Assembly (NCBI RefSeq): GCF_000039765.1
Contig: NC_004459.3
Span: forward strand, 1,890,001-1,922,000
Direction of reading: 5' to 3'
Origin: Vibrio vulnificus CMCP6
GTDB lineage: Bacteria > Pseudomonadota > Gammaproteobacteria > Enterobacterales > Vibrionaceae
DNA length: 32,000 nucleotides
Shown here: one piece after another, positions 1 to 8,903 of the stretch
Numbering within the stretch: position 1 is the first letter of the stretch
How the letters are laid out: every line of letters begins with the position of its first letter
Notes under the pieces: model-generated
Told to the model about the DNA's origin: nothing
What the model saw: only the letters and a program-made list of their open reading frames with translations
The model's database searches: none
Made by a program: the position numbers and the translations under genes

Positions 1-174
1 GCAGACGTGAAAATCGGAGATGCGTGCCGCTGGCTTTTTACTCAATGTGTTCTACCTACGTCATGGTTTGAATGGCGAGATTATCAAGACCAAAGCAGTG
101 AAGTAGCAATGAAATATGGTCGGTTTTTGATTGGAATGCGAACGATAGCAACGATATATGTAACTGATAATTAA
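1..174 (+). CDS. Possible 3' end of an unidentified ORF entering from the left edge
   Basis: Frame +1 is open from base 1 through 57 sense codons to TAA at 172-174. No family recognised. It has several rare codons (CGA, CGG, ATA, CTA) in AT-rich DNA, so it may be non-coding. Confidence 0.2.
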   Translation, partial: ADVKIGDACRWLFTQCVLPTSWFEWRDYQDQSSEVAMKYGRFLIGMRTIATIYVTDN

Positions 175-267
175 GTTTTTATTTCTAATTAAAACACGTA
201 ACGCAACTTTGGTGTTTTTGCCGCTGAACAAGAGGTTTATTGAAAGGCGGTAAGAGTCTTTATACAT

Positions 268-292
268 AAAAAAACGGGAGCTCGGCTCCCGT
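268..292 (-). terminator. Rho-independent terminator downstream of fadE
   Basis: Perfect 8-bp GC-rich stem, acgggagc (274-281) / gctcccgt (285-292). It is preceded on the + strand by an A-run (268-273), which reads as a T-run after the hairpin on the - strand. It lies 26 nt past the fadE stop. Confidence 0.8.
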
Positions 293-317
293 TGTACTTG
301 TGATACTTTTGTGGTGA

Positions 318-2765
318 CTAAGCAACGTTATCCATCACATCGGTATGAGACTTTTTTGCCGCCAGATGCTCTGGCTCAAAGTCATCAACATTGATGGTGT
401 ACAAACGATGTTGCTCCGCTTCTTTAAGCAAATCGGCTTCATCTTGAGAAATAATGCCTTGTGCTAGCCCCTCTTCTGCAATGGCATCCAAACGTAAGAA
501 TGGGCGGCGTTTACCTTGTGCTTTACACACTTTGTCAAACACAGGTTCTGCTTGCAAAATCACAGACAGTGCTAGCTCAATCTTGCCTGCGGCGTTGTGT
601 TCTGTTGGTTGCAAATACTGATTGCGACCAATGCGGCTACGTGTCGCGCTTGGGGTTTGTAGTATGCGTGCAACTTGACTATCGATTTTGTCGCTTGGTG
701 CTTTGCGCACACGGCCAAATGGCATGATCAAGACGCGCAAGGCTTTACCGATAATGGGGTTCGGGAAGTTGGCAAGAAACTCATCAATGGCCACTTCCGT
801 TTGCTTCAAGCTGTCTTGCAAACCCCAGTGAACCAAAGGCAGGTCTTCTACAGGGCGGCCATCTTGTTCAAAGCGTTTTAAGGTCGCTGAGCTCAAGTAA
901 AGCTGACTGAGGATATCGCCTAAGCGAGCTGATAGACGCTCACGACGCTTCAATGAGCCACCCAGCACGGCCATTGAAATGTCTGACAATAATGCCATGT
1001 TGGCGCTATAGCGATTGAGCTTCTGGTAGTAACGTTTGGTGGCATCGTGAGTTGGGGCGTTCGAGCCAAAACCATCGGTCAAACCAAACCAAATGCTGCG
1101 CACAAGGTTGCTCATGGTAAAGCTGACGTGGCCAGCCAAGGCTGCATCGAACTGTTCTACCGCATCAGATTTGTCCGAGTAGGCGGCTTCCATCTCTTTT
1201 AGTACATAGGGATGGCAACGAATGGCGCCTTGACCATAGATGATCATTGAACGAGTGAGGATGTTTGCCCCTTCCACCGTGACGGCGATGGGTGAACCTT
1301 GGTAGCCACGAGCAAGGAAGTTGGAGGGGCCAAGGCAAATGCCTTTACCACCGACGATATCCATTGCATCGATGATGCTGCGTTGGCCACGGTGAGTACA
1401 ATGGTATTTTACAATCGCTGAGATGACCGATGGTTTCTCACCAAGGTCGATACCGGCAACGGTAAGGTTGCTTGCCGCGTCCATCACATACGCGTTACCA
1501 CCTAAGCGTGCTAGTGCTTCTTCTACGCCTTCGAGATGGCCGATAGGCTGTTTAAATTGGCGACGAATGCGCGAGTAAGCACCGGTTGCCAATGCAGCGG
1601 ATTTGATACCACCGGTTGAGTTTGAAGGCAGGGTAATACCGCGACCAACAGAGAGACATTCAACCAGCATGCGCCAGCCTTGGCCTGCCATTTTTTGGCC
1701 ACCGATAATGAAATCGATCGGTACGAAAATATCTTGGCCACGCGTTGGGCCGTTCTGGAAGGGGACATTGAGAGGGAAATGACGGTTGCCGATTTCAACC
1801 CCTTTAATGTCTGTTGGGATAAGCGCACAAGTAATACCAAGATCTTCTTGCTCGCCGAGTAAGCCTTCAGGATCGCGAAGTTTGAAAGCAAGGCCCAAAA
1901 CCGTTGCTACAGGGGCAAGGGTAATGTAGCGCTTGTTCCATGTTAGGCGCATGCCCAAGACTTCTTTGCCTTCCCATTCGCCTTTACACACCACACCGTC
2001 ATCTGGAATAGAACCCGCATCCGAACCCGCTTCAGGGCTGGTGAGGGCAAAACAGGGGATCTCTTTACCTTCTGCAAGGCGAGGAAGGTAGTAATTTTTC
2101 TGCTCTTCTGTACCGTAATGTTGCAAAAGTTCACCAGGACCCAAAGAGTTTGGTACGCCAACGGTCGAAGAAAGAACACCAGAGACACCAGTCAGTTTTT
2201 GCAGTACCAAAGATTGCGCGTAAGCAGAAAACTCAAGGCCACCGTATTTCTTCTTAATGATCATGGCGAAGAATTTGTGATCTTTGAGATATTGCCAAAC
2301 TTCAGGAGGCAGATCGGCCAGTTCATGCGTCACTTGGTAATCGCTTACCATGGCACACACTTCATTTACCGGACCATCGAGGAAGGCTTGCTCTTCAGCA
2401 GAGAGTTTTGGTGCTGGAATGGCGTGTAGCTTTTTCCATTCTGGCTTGCCTTTGAAAAGCTCCGCTTCCCACCAAACGGTACCTGCATCCAACGCTTCTT
2501 TTTCCGTCTGAGACATGGCTGGAAGCACTTGCTTAAACAAGCCGAGTGCTTTTGCACTGATGAGCGATTGGCGTACAGAGGGCATAGCGAATACCGCCAG
2601 CGCTAATAAGTAGCTCAGCCAGCCGATTGAGCCGACGTAACCGGAGAAAGTTAACAGCAGCATCGTGGCGGTCAACAAGGTGACGGATTTGACTAATGAC
2701 ATTCGATGATAGAGCGTCACGCCCAATATCAAGGTCATCGCGAGTAGGGAGAGCAAGATGTCCAT
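318..2765 (-). CDS. fadE: Acyl-CoA dehydrogenase FadE (815 aa)
   Basis: Full-length ORF. The hydrophobic N-terminal segment followed by ...[21 protein letters not shown]... resembles E. coli FadE. Size is about 815 aa. AGGAA RBS before the ATG. Divergent from gmhA as in E. coli. Confidence 0.93.
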   Translation of the reverse strand: MDILLSLLAMTLILGVTLYHRMSLVKSVTLLTATMLLLTFSGYVGSIGWLSYLLALAVFAMPSVRQSLISAKALGLFKQVLPAMSQTEKEALDAGTVWWEAELFKGKPEWKKLHAIPAPKLSAEEQAFLDGPVNEVCAMVSDYQVTHELADLPPEVWQYLKDHKFFAMIIKKKYGGLEFSAYAQSLVLQKLTGVSGVLSSTVGVPNSLGPGELLQHYGTEEQKNYYLPRLAEGKEIPCFALTSPEAGSDAGSIPDDGVVCKGEWEGKEVLGMRLTWNKRYITLAPVATVLGLAFKLRDPEGLLGEQEDLGITCALIPTDIKGVEIGNRHFPLNVPFQNGPTRGQDIFVPIDFIIGGQKMAGQGWRMLVECLSVGRGITLPSNSTGGIKSAALATGAYSRIRRQFKQPIGHLEGVEEALARLGGNAYVMDAASNLTVAGIDLGEKPSVISAIVKYHCTHRGQRSIIDAMDIVGGKGICLGPSNFLARGYQGSPIAVTVEGANILTRSMIIYGQGAIRCHPYVLKEMEAAYSDKSDAVEQFDAALAGHVSFTMSNLVRSIWFGLTDGFGSNAPTHDATKRYYQKLNRYSANMALLSDISMAVLGGSLKRRERLSARLGDILSQLYLSSATLKRFEQDGRPVEDLPLVHWGLQDSLKQTEVAIDEFLANFPNPIIGKALRVLIMPFGRVRKAPSDKIDSQVARILQTPSATRSRIGRNQYLQPTEHNAAGKIELALSVILQAEPVFDKVCKAQGKRRPFLRLDAIAEEGLAQGIISQDEADLLKEAEQHRLYTINVDDFEPEHLAAKKSHTDVMDNVA

Positions 2766-2816
2766 ATGTAGGTTCCTTTTCAGACAATTCGTTGTGTTAT
2801 ACGTCTGTGTTTTGGT

Positions 2817-2833
2817 AAGAGGTCAAACCAGTT
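2817..2833 (-). promoter_or_regulatory. FadR operator-like site upstream of fadE
   Basis: The - strand reads AACTGGTTTGACCTCTT. The remembered FadR consensus is AACTGGTCNGACCTGTT, so there are 2 mismatches. The site is 52-68 nt upstream of the fadE ATG. Confidence 0.6.
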
Positions 2834-3106
2834 GGTTTAAGTGTAATCAAAATATTAAAGAAATGTAAAACACAATTCTGAGCAAAAAGTGATCTGAGTA
2901 GAGTGAAAATTCTAAAATTGAGATTTCCATGGTGATTTCCTAAGCAGCTTTGAGCGAATCGCTTTACAAATCCGCGAAAACTGAGGCTTCGGTGTCGACA
3001 CTATTTCCTGTTTATGGGTAAACTCAGCGTATTGCTATGTTAGCTAGGCTGTCGCTCAGCAAACATCGACGTATAACGTGATAAACCAAGATAAAGAGAA
3101 CATCGT

Positions 3107-3682
3107 ATGTACCAAGATCTGATTAGAAATGAGTTAACTGAAGCTGCTGACGTACTAAATAAATTCCTAAGCGACGATCACAACATTGCGCAAATTGAAG
3201 CGGCAGCGAAAATGATTGCCGAATCTTTTAAGCAAGATGGCAAAGTGTTGTCTTGTGGTAACGGTGGTTCACATTGTGATGCGATGCATTTTGCCGAAGA
3301 ACTAACGGGCCGTTACCGTGAAAATCGCCCTGGTTACGCGGGTATTGCGATTTCAGATCCAAGCCATCTTTCTTGTGTCAGTAACGACTTTGGTTATGAC
3401 TATGTATTTTCTCGCTACGTTGAAGCGGTCGGTCGTAAAGGCGATGTGCTGTTTGGTCTATCAACGTCTGGCAATTCAGGCAACATTCTGAAAGCGATTG
3501 AAGCGGCGAAAGCCAAGGGCATGAAAACCATCGCACTGACGGGTAAAGATGGCGGTAAAATGGCGGGTCTTGCGGATGTTGAAATCCGAGTACCACACTT
3601 TGGTTACGCAGACCGTATTCAAGAAGTGCATATTAAAATTATCCATATCATCATCCAATTGATTGAGAAAGAGATGGAGTAA
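3107..3682 (+). CDS. gmhA: Phosphoheptose isomerase (sedoheptulose-7-phosphate isomerase) GmhA
   Basis: 191 aa. The N-terminus [14 protein letters not shown] and the SIS-domain motifs ([22 protein letters not shown]) match GmhA/LpcA. The fadE-gmhA-yafJ order is as in E. coli. Confidence 0.93.
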   Translation: MYQDLIRNELTEAADVLNKFLSDDHNIAQIEAAAKMIAESFKQDGKVLSCGNGGSHCDAMHFAEELTGRYRENRPGYAGIAISDPSHLSCVSNDFGYDYVFSRYVEAVGRKGDVLFGLSTSGNSGNILKAIEAAKAKGMKTIALTGKDGGKMAGLADVEIRVPHFGYADRIQEVHIKIIHIIIQLIEKEME

Positions 3683-3728
3683 TCTGATCGGGGCAACCCG
3701 TATCGATTTGTTCAGGGAGTTTTGTTCG

Positions 3729-4574
3729 ATGTGTGAATTGCTCGGTATGAGCGCCAATGTGCCAACAGACATCTGTTTTAGTTTTACTGGCTTGATGCAA
3801 CGAGGCGGTAAAACCGGACCACATAGAGATGGTTGGGGCATCACTTTCTATGAAGGAAAGGGATTTAGAACCTTCAAAGACCCAAATCCAAGTTGTGAAT
3901 CGAAGATTGCGGAGTTGGTGCAAAGTTATCCGATTAAAAGTTGTTCGGTGATCAGCCATATTCGCCAAGCGAATCGAGGTGGTGTTTCTTTAGAAAATAC
4001 CCACCCATTCACTCGTGAGCTTTGGGGGCGATATTGGACATTTGCACACAATGGCCAACTCACTGACTATCAATCGTTGGATACCGGGCGACATCGTCCA
4101 GTTGGGCAAACGGACAGTGAAAAAGCGTTTTGCTGGCTGATGAATCAATTGGAACAGCGTTATCCTGATATTCCTCAGGATATGGAACAGGTGTTTGCTT
4201 ACCTTGCCTCTTGCTGTGAAACCCTGCGAGAAAAAGGGGTGTTCAACATGCTGCTCAGTGATGGCGAATATGTGATGACGTATTGTACCAACCATCTTTA
4301 CTGGATCACGCGTCGAGCACCTTTTGGTAATGCAGCGTTGCTGGATGAAGATGTTGAGATTAACTTTCAAGAAGAGACCACGCCTAACGACGTTGTCTCT
4401 GTGATTGCGACCCAGCCTCTTACCGGTAATGAAACTTGGCAGAGAATGAAGCCAGGGGAGTATGGTCTGTTTCACTTTGGCGAGCGAGTCAGCAGTAATG
4501 CCAATTTATTACTTGATGTCCCGTTTGCAGCAGCAAAACCAAGCTGTCAAGCGCCAACGGAACCACTTGAATAA
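3729..4574 (+). CDS. yafJ: Class II (Ntn) glutamine amidotransferase, YafJ-like
   Basis: The internal start gives MCELLGMSAN; the Met-Cys N-terminus is the class II GATase nucleophile signature. The longer track ORF from 3663 would overlap the gmhA 3' end. Confidence 0.8.
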   Translation: MCELLGMSANVPTDICFSFTGLMQRGGKTGPHRDGWGITFYEGKGFRTFKDPNPSCESKIAELVQSYPIKSCSVISHIRQANRGGVSLENTHPFTRELWGRYWTFAHNGQLTDYQSLDTGRHRPVGQTDSEKAFCWLMNQLEQRYPDIPQDMEQVFAYLASCCETLREKGVFNMLLSDGEYVMTYCTNHLYWITRRAPFGNAALLDEDVEINFQEETTPNDVVSVIATQPLTGNETWQRMKPGEYGLFHFGERVSSNANLLLDVPFAAAKPSCQAPTEPLE

Positions 4575-4600
4575 AACGGTATTGCGAGTTTGTATTGAAA

Positions 4601-4630
4601 ATGGGTTGCGATAAGCAACCCATTTTTTCT
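4601..4630 (+). terminator. Rho-independent terminator after yafJ
   Basis: Stem atgggttgc (4601-4609) / gcaacccat (4615-4623), followed by TTTTTT. Confidence 0.8.
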
Positions 4631-4660
4631 TTCGATGTCGAGTGGCGACAATGAATCGCC

Positions 4661-5299
4661 TTACTCTGCAGCGTAACCGGCGCTGCCAAGTGGTTGGCCA
4701 TCGAGATAGGCAACACCTTGTTGCATGACAAGCCGCTCTTCTGCCATCCATTTCACCACTAAGGGATAGATGCTGTGCTCTTGCGTTAACACACGTTCCG
4801 CTAGGCTTTGTGCGTCATCTTCTGCGAAAACAGGCACTTTCGCCTGTAAGATCACTGGGCCCCCATCTAATTCTTCCGTGACAAAATGCACACTGGTGCC
4901 GTGTTCACTGTCCCCGGCATCGATAGCGCGCTGGTGGGTATGAAGGCCGGGGTATTTAGGCAAGAGGGAAGGATGTATATTGACCATTTTTCCTAAATAG
5001 TGACGTACAAATTCACCACTCAGAATGCGCATGTAACCAGCCAGTACTACGATGTCGGGTTGGTATTCGTCTATCGCTTTCATCAATTCACGATCAAAAC
5101 TTTCTCTATCGGTAAAAGCTTTGGGATCGATGTAGTGAGCGGGTACCGAAAACTGTTTGGCTCGTTCAAGACCGTAAGCGTCGGCTTTGTTTGAGAAAAC
5201 CGCACACACTTTGGCTCGGCTTGTATCACACTCGCATGCTTCAAGAATGGCTTGCAGGTTGCTGCCGCTGCCGGAAATCAGTACCACGATTTTTTTCAT
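4661..5299 (-). CDS. purN: Phosphoribosylglycinamide formyltransferase PurN
   Basis: Start chosen at MKKIVVLISGSGSNLQAI (ATG at 5299), giving 212 aa as for E. coli PurN. Lies downstream of purM. Confidence 0.93.
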   Translation of the reverse strand: MKKIVVLISGSGSNLQAILEACECDTSRAKVCAVFSNKADAYGLERAKQFSVPAHYIDPKAFTDRESFDRELMKAIDEYQPDIVVLAGYMRILSGEFVRHYLGKMVNIHPSLLPKYPGLHTHQRAIDAGDSEHGTSVHFVTEELDGGPVILQAKVPVFAEDDAQSLAERVLTQEHSIYPLVVKWMAEERLVMQQGVAYLDGQPLGSAGYAAE

Positions 5300-5387
5300 A
5301 ACCACTGTCCATTTACTGCTGGTTCTTAAGATCACTGTCTTGCAAGAAAATACCTGCTTTTTGCAGGGTTTTCAGTGTGCCAAATAG

Positions 5388-5416
5388 CAGAATGAGGACA
5401 TAACGTCCTCATTCTG
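5388..5416. other. Perfect 12-bp inverted repeat (stem-loop) in the purM-purN spacer
   Basis: cagaatgaggac (5388-5399), 5-nt loop, gtcctcattctg (5405-5416). No strong T-run on either strand. Confidence 0.6.
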
Positions 5417-5438
5417 AAGTTATTTTAGGTTTTGCAGC

Positions 5439-6479
5439 TTAGTTGATTTCAACTTGCTCTTCGCCAGCTTCGGCCTGAGCAATCGCACCAATCACCCACG
5501 CTTTTTCACCTTCTTGTTGAAGCAGCGCAACCGCAGCTTCCGCTTGATCTTGAGGTAGTGCCACAATCAAGCCGACACCACAGTTGAATGTACGGTACAT
5601 TTCGCGCGTAGCCACATTTCCTTTTTCTTGCAGCCATTGGAAAATGACCGGCCATTCCCAGCTCTTTCCATCGATCACCGCTTTGGTACCTTCTGGCAAT
5701 ACGCGTGGGATGTTTTCCCAGAAACCGCCGCCAGTGATGTGCGAGATAGCGTGAATGTCATGTTGCTCAATCATTTTGAGTGCAGACTTGATGTAAATTT
5801 TGGTTGGCTCAAGTAGGTGCTCACCAATAGTGCGGCCTGCAAGCTCCTCATTTTTGTCTGCGCCAGACACTTCGAGGATTTTACGCACTAATGAGTAACC
5901 GTTTGAGTGTGGACCACTTGAACCGACAGCGATCAATGCATCGCCTACCGCGACTTTAGTACCGTCGATAATGTCTTCTTTCTCTACTACACCGACACAG
6001 AAGCCTGCGACGTCGTAGTCTTCGCCTTCGTACATGCCCGGCATTTCTGCGGTCTCACCGCCGATCAAAGCACAACCTGCTTGAATACAGCCTTCCGCGA
6101 TGCCCGAAATAACATCCGCAGCCACATCGACATCCAGCTTGCCCGTTGCGTAGTAATCAAGGAAAAACAGAGGTTCAGCACCTTGTACGATCAAATCGTT
6201 TACACACATAGCAACGAGATCAATACCAATGGTGTCGTGCTTGTTCATATCCAGAGCTAAGCGCAGCTTGGTGCCAACGCCATCAGTGCCAGAAACTAGA
6301 ACAGGTTGCTTGTACTTTGTTGGTAGTTCGCATAAAGCACCAAAACCACCAATGCCACCCATTACTTCAGGGCGACGTGTACGTTTTACAGAACCTTTAA
6401 TACGCTCAACCAGGGCGTTGCCTGCATCAATATCTACACCAGCATCTTTATAGCTAAGAGAAGAGTTGTTACCACTCAC
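5439..6479 (-). CDS. purM: Phosphoribosylformylglycinamidine cyclo-ligase (AIR synthetase) PurM
   Basis: 346 aa with a GTG start. [22 protein letters not shown]... is collinear with E. coli PurM along the whole length. Confidence 0.95.
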
Positions 6480-6544
6480 GGGGAAGTCCTCGGTTTGAAG
6501 TTGGATATGAAAACGGCGCTATTCTATCAGGGCTGGAATATAAA

Positions 6545-6560
6545 GAGCAAACGTTTGCGC
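6545..6560. promoter_or_regulatory. PurR operator (PUR box) in the purM/upp divergent region
   Basis: GAGCAAACGTTTGCGC against the remembered consensus ACGCAAACGTTTGCGT. The 12-bp palindromic core GCAAACGTTTGC is perfect. The site is 66-81 nt upstream of the purM start. Confidence 0.8.
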
Positions 6561-6657
6561 AAGTTTTTTTGTTGTGCAATGTAACGAGAAATTCTGTACG
6601 AAATCGTTTATAATCGGCAAGTTTATGTAAATTTTATCTATATTGCCGGAGATGGAC

Positions 6658-7284
6658 ATGAAAGTTGTTGAAGTAAAACACCCTCTTGTAAAACACAAAA
6701 TTGGTTTGATGAGAGAAGGTGATATCAGCACTAAGCGTTTTCGTGAGCTAGCCACTGAAGTTGGTAGTCTTTTAACTTACGAAGCAACTTCAGATTTTGA
6801 AACGGAAAAAGTGACCATTGAAGGTTGGAATGGCCCAGTTGAAGTGGATCAAATCAAGGGCAAAAAAGTAACGGTTGTGCCAATCCTACGTGCTGGTCTA
6901 GGCATGATGGATGGCGTACTTGAACACATGCCAAGTGCACGTATCAGCGTAGTTGGTATTTACCGCGATGAAGAAACATTAGAGCCAATCCCATACTTCA
7001 ACAAGCTGGCTTCTAACATGGAAGAACGCATTGCATTGGTGGTTGACCCAATGCTTGCAACAGGCGGTTCTATGATCGCGACGATCGACCTTCTCAAAGA
7101 GAAAGGCTGTCAGCAAATCAAAGTGTTGGTGTTGGTTGCTGCGCCAGAAGGTATTGAAGCGCTAGAGAAAGCACACCCAGATGTTGAACTGTACTGCGCA
7201 GCTATCGATGAGAAACTGAATGACAAGGGCTACATTGTCCCTGGTCTTGGTGATGCTGGTGATAAGATTTTCGGTACCAAGTAA
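6658..7284 (+). CDS. upp: Uracil phosphoribosyltransferase Upp
   Basis: [20 protein letters not shown]... ending ...[13 protein letters not shown], 208 aa, nearly collinear with E. coli Upp. The start is moved to the third in-frame ATG. Confidence 0.95.
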
Positions 7285-7312
7285 TCCTTCCGATTTGTCT
7301 AATGCAAATTAA

Positions 7313-7348
7313 TAAAAAATGCCTGGTCACTGACCAGGCATTTTTTTT
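7313..7348. terminator. Bidirectional rho-independent terminator between convergent upp and the uracil permease gene
   Basis: Stem gcctggt (7321-7327) / accaggc (7333-7339), flanked by an A-run (7313-7319) and a T-run (7341-7348). Confidence 0.85.
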
Positions 7349-7411
7349 ATTCGGATTTCTTTACGTTCGGCAAACAAGGTGTGGTTCACCGAACCAAGCT
7401 TCATTTGGCAA

Positions 7412-8665
7412 TCAGTTTTGTACTTCTTCTTCCATCTGAGCGTTATCCACTACGTGGTTTTCACCCATGTCATGCGGCAGGATAAGGTTAAGAATAATCG
7501 CCACGATACCACATAGACTCACGCCCTGTAGGCTGAACTCGCCAATACCAAAAGCCATACCGCCAATACCAAACACCAATGTCACCGCGACAATCACAAG
7601 GTTGCGAGATTTATGCAGATCTACGTGATTCTTGATTAACGTATTAAGACCTACAGTGGCAATCGAACCAAAGAGAAGAATCATAATACCGCCCATTACA
7701 GGAACAGGAATGGTTTGCAGGGTAGCCCCTAATTTACCGACAAGTGCAAGAACAATAGCGGTTATTGCCGCCCATGTCATGATGACTGGGTTGTAAGCTT
7801 TGGTGAGCATCACTGCGCCAGTAACTTCACTGTAGGTTGTGTTTGGTGGTGCACCAACCATCGATGCGGCAATGGTCGCAACCCCGTCACCAGCAATCGT
7901 GCGGTGTAGTCCTGGTTTTTTCAGGTAGTTTTTACCTGTGACGTTAGAGATTGCCAACATGTCACCTACGTGCTCAACCGCAGGAGCGATTGCAACAGGG
8001 ATCATGAATAGAATCGCGTTGATGTTGAACTCAGGTGTGGTGAAGTTTGGCATGGCCAGCCAAGCGGCTTGAGCCACCGGTGTAAAATCAACCACTCCGT
8101 AGAATAGTGAAACCGAGTAACCTGCCAAGATACCGCCGACGATAGGAACCAGCTTTAGGAAACCTTTTGCAAATACGCTCAGCGCAATCGTCGTGAAGAG
8201 TGAAACTGCGGAGATGATGATTGCTGCATCACCATTGACGAGTTGAACCGCACCATCACCAGTTTTCCCTACCGCCATGTTGACCGCCGTTGGCGCAAGA
8301 CCAAGGCCGATAACCATGATCACTGGGCCGACGACGACAGGTGGTAAAATTTTGTGAATGAAGCCCACGCCACGTACTTTGATCATCGCGCCAAGTGCAA
8401 CGTAAACCAAACCTGCCGCCATTAAGCCACCCATGGTTGCGCCAATACCCCAAGTTTGAATACCAAACATGATTGGCGCAATAAAAGCGAAAGAGGAGGC
8501 TAGAAAAATGGGAACGCTTCGTTTGGTGATCAATTGGAACAATAAGGTGCCGACACCTGCACCAAATAAAGCGACGTTAGGGTCCAATCCGGTCAGCAAA
8601 GGTACAAGTACCAAGGCACCGAATGCGACAAATAACATTTGTGCACCCTGTAAAGCATTTTTCAT
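7412..8665 (-). CDS. uraA: NCS2-family uracil (uracil/xanthine) permease, UraA-like
   Basis: 417 aa polytopic membrane protein. The N-terminus QMLFVAFGALVLVPLLTG and the overall profile resemble UraA. It sits next to upp but convergent, not in an operon as in E. coli. Confidence 0.8.
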   Translation of the reverse strand: MKNALQGAQMLFVAFGALVLVPLLTGLDPNVALFGAGVGTLLFQLITKRSVPIFLASSFAFIAPIMFGIQTWGIGATMGGLMAAGLVYVALGAMIKVRGVGFIHKILPPVVVGPVIMVIGLGLAPTAVNMAVGKTGDGAVQLVNGDAAIIISAVSLFTTIALSVFAKGFLKLVPIVGGILAGYSVSLFYGVVDFTPVAQAAWLAMPNFTTPEFNINAILFMIPVAIAPAVEHVGDMLAISNVTGKNYLKKPGLHRTIAGDGVATIAASMVGAPPNTTYSEVTGAVMLTKAYNPVIMTWAAITAIVLALVGKLGATLQTIPVPVMGGIMILLFGSIATVGLNTLIKNHVDLHKSRNLVIVAVTLVFGIGGMAFGIGEFSLQGVSLCGIVAIILNLILPHDMGENHVVDNAQMEEEVQN

Positions 8666-8716
8666 AAAGGCTCCCTATTAATAACTATGCAGATAAATTT
8701 GCGGGATTCTATCACT

Positions 8717-8732
8717 TTGCAAACGATTGCTA
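8717..8732. promoter_or_regulatory. PurR-box-like palindrome in the uraA / DUF2066 divergent region
   Basis: TTGCAAACGATTGCTA. The GCAA...TTGC arms are perfect and about 11/16 positions match the PUR box consensus. It is 52-67 nt upstream of the uraA start and about 172 nt upstream of the DUF2066 start. Confidence 0.4.
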
Positions 8733-8903
8733 AGTATTTTTGATCAATTTTTTGCAAGATTGCTGCTGTTTGTCCGTAAATCAAACGAATTGAGAGCTTT
8801 TTATTCACTTGACTGAGAAGTGCAGTAAAAATCTGCTGTTTTCTTGCTCATGATGGGAGAGTTGCTTATCATCTGACATCTCAAGAAGTAACTTAGGACT
8901 TAT

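Noticed and set aside
61-267. 68-aa ORF on the - strand downstream of fadE
   Set aside because: It lies beyond the fadE terminator in AT-rich DNA. The peptide is low-complexity and junk-like, with no RBS or family resemblance.
2880-2905. Possible CRP site (…AGTGATCTGAGTAGAGTGAAAA…) in the fadE/gmhA intergenic region
   Set aside because: Only one half-site resembles TGTGA, and the second half does not match TCACA at the required 6-nt spacing.
2952-2964. 13-mer GAGCGAATCGCTT (palindromic core AGCGAATCGCT) present in both the fadE/gmhA (2952-2964) and gcvR/dapA (15869-15881) divergent promoter regions; likewise TGAATCGCCTTAC at 4652-4664 and 16020-16032
   Set aside because: A rough estimate is about 1e9 position pairs over both strands divided by 4^13. 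That predicts on the order of ten chance 13-mer matches in a 32-kb window. Partial copies (AGCGAATCG) also occur inside coding regions. I cannot link the motif to a known regulator, so it is treated as chance unless cross-genome conservation says otherwise.
3663-3728. Upstream extension of the yafJ ORF overlapping the gmhA 3' end
   Set aside because: Class II amidotransferases need Cys directly after the initiator Met. The internal ATG at 3729 (MCELLG...) satisfies this and removes the overlap.
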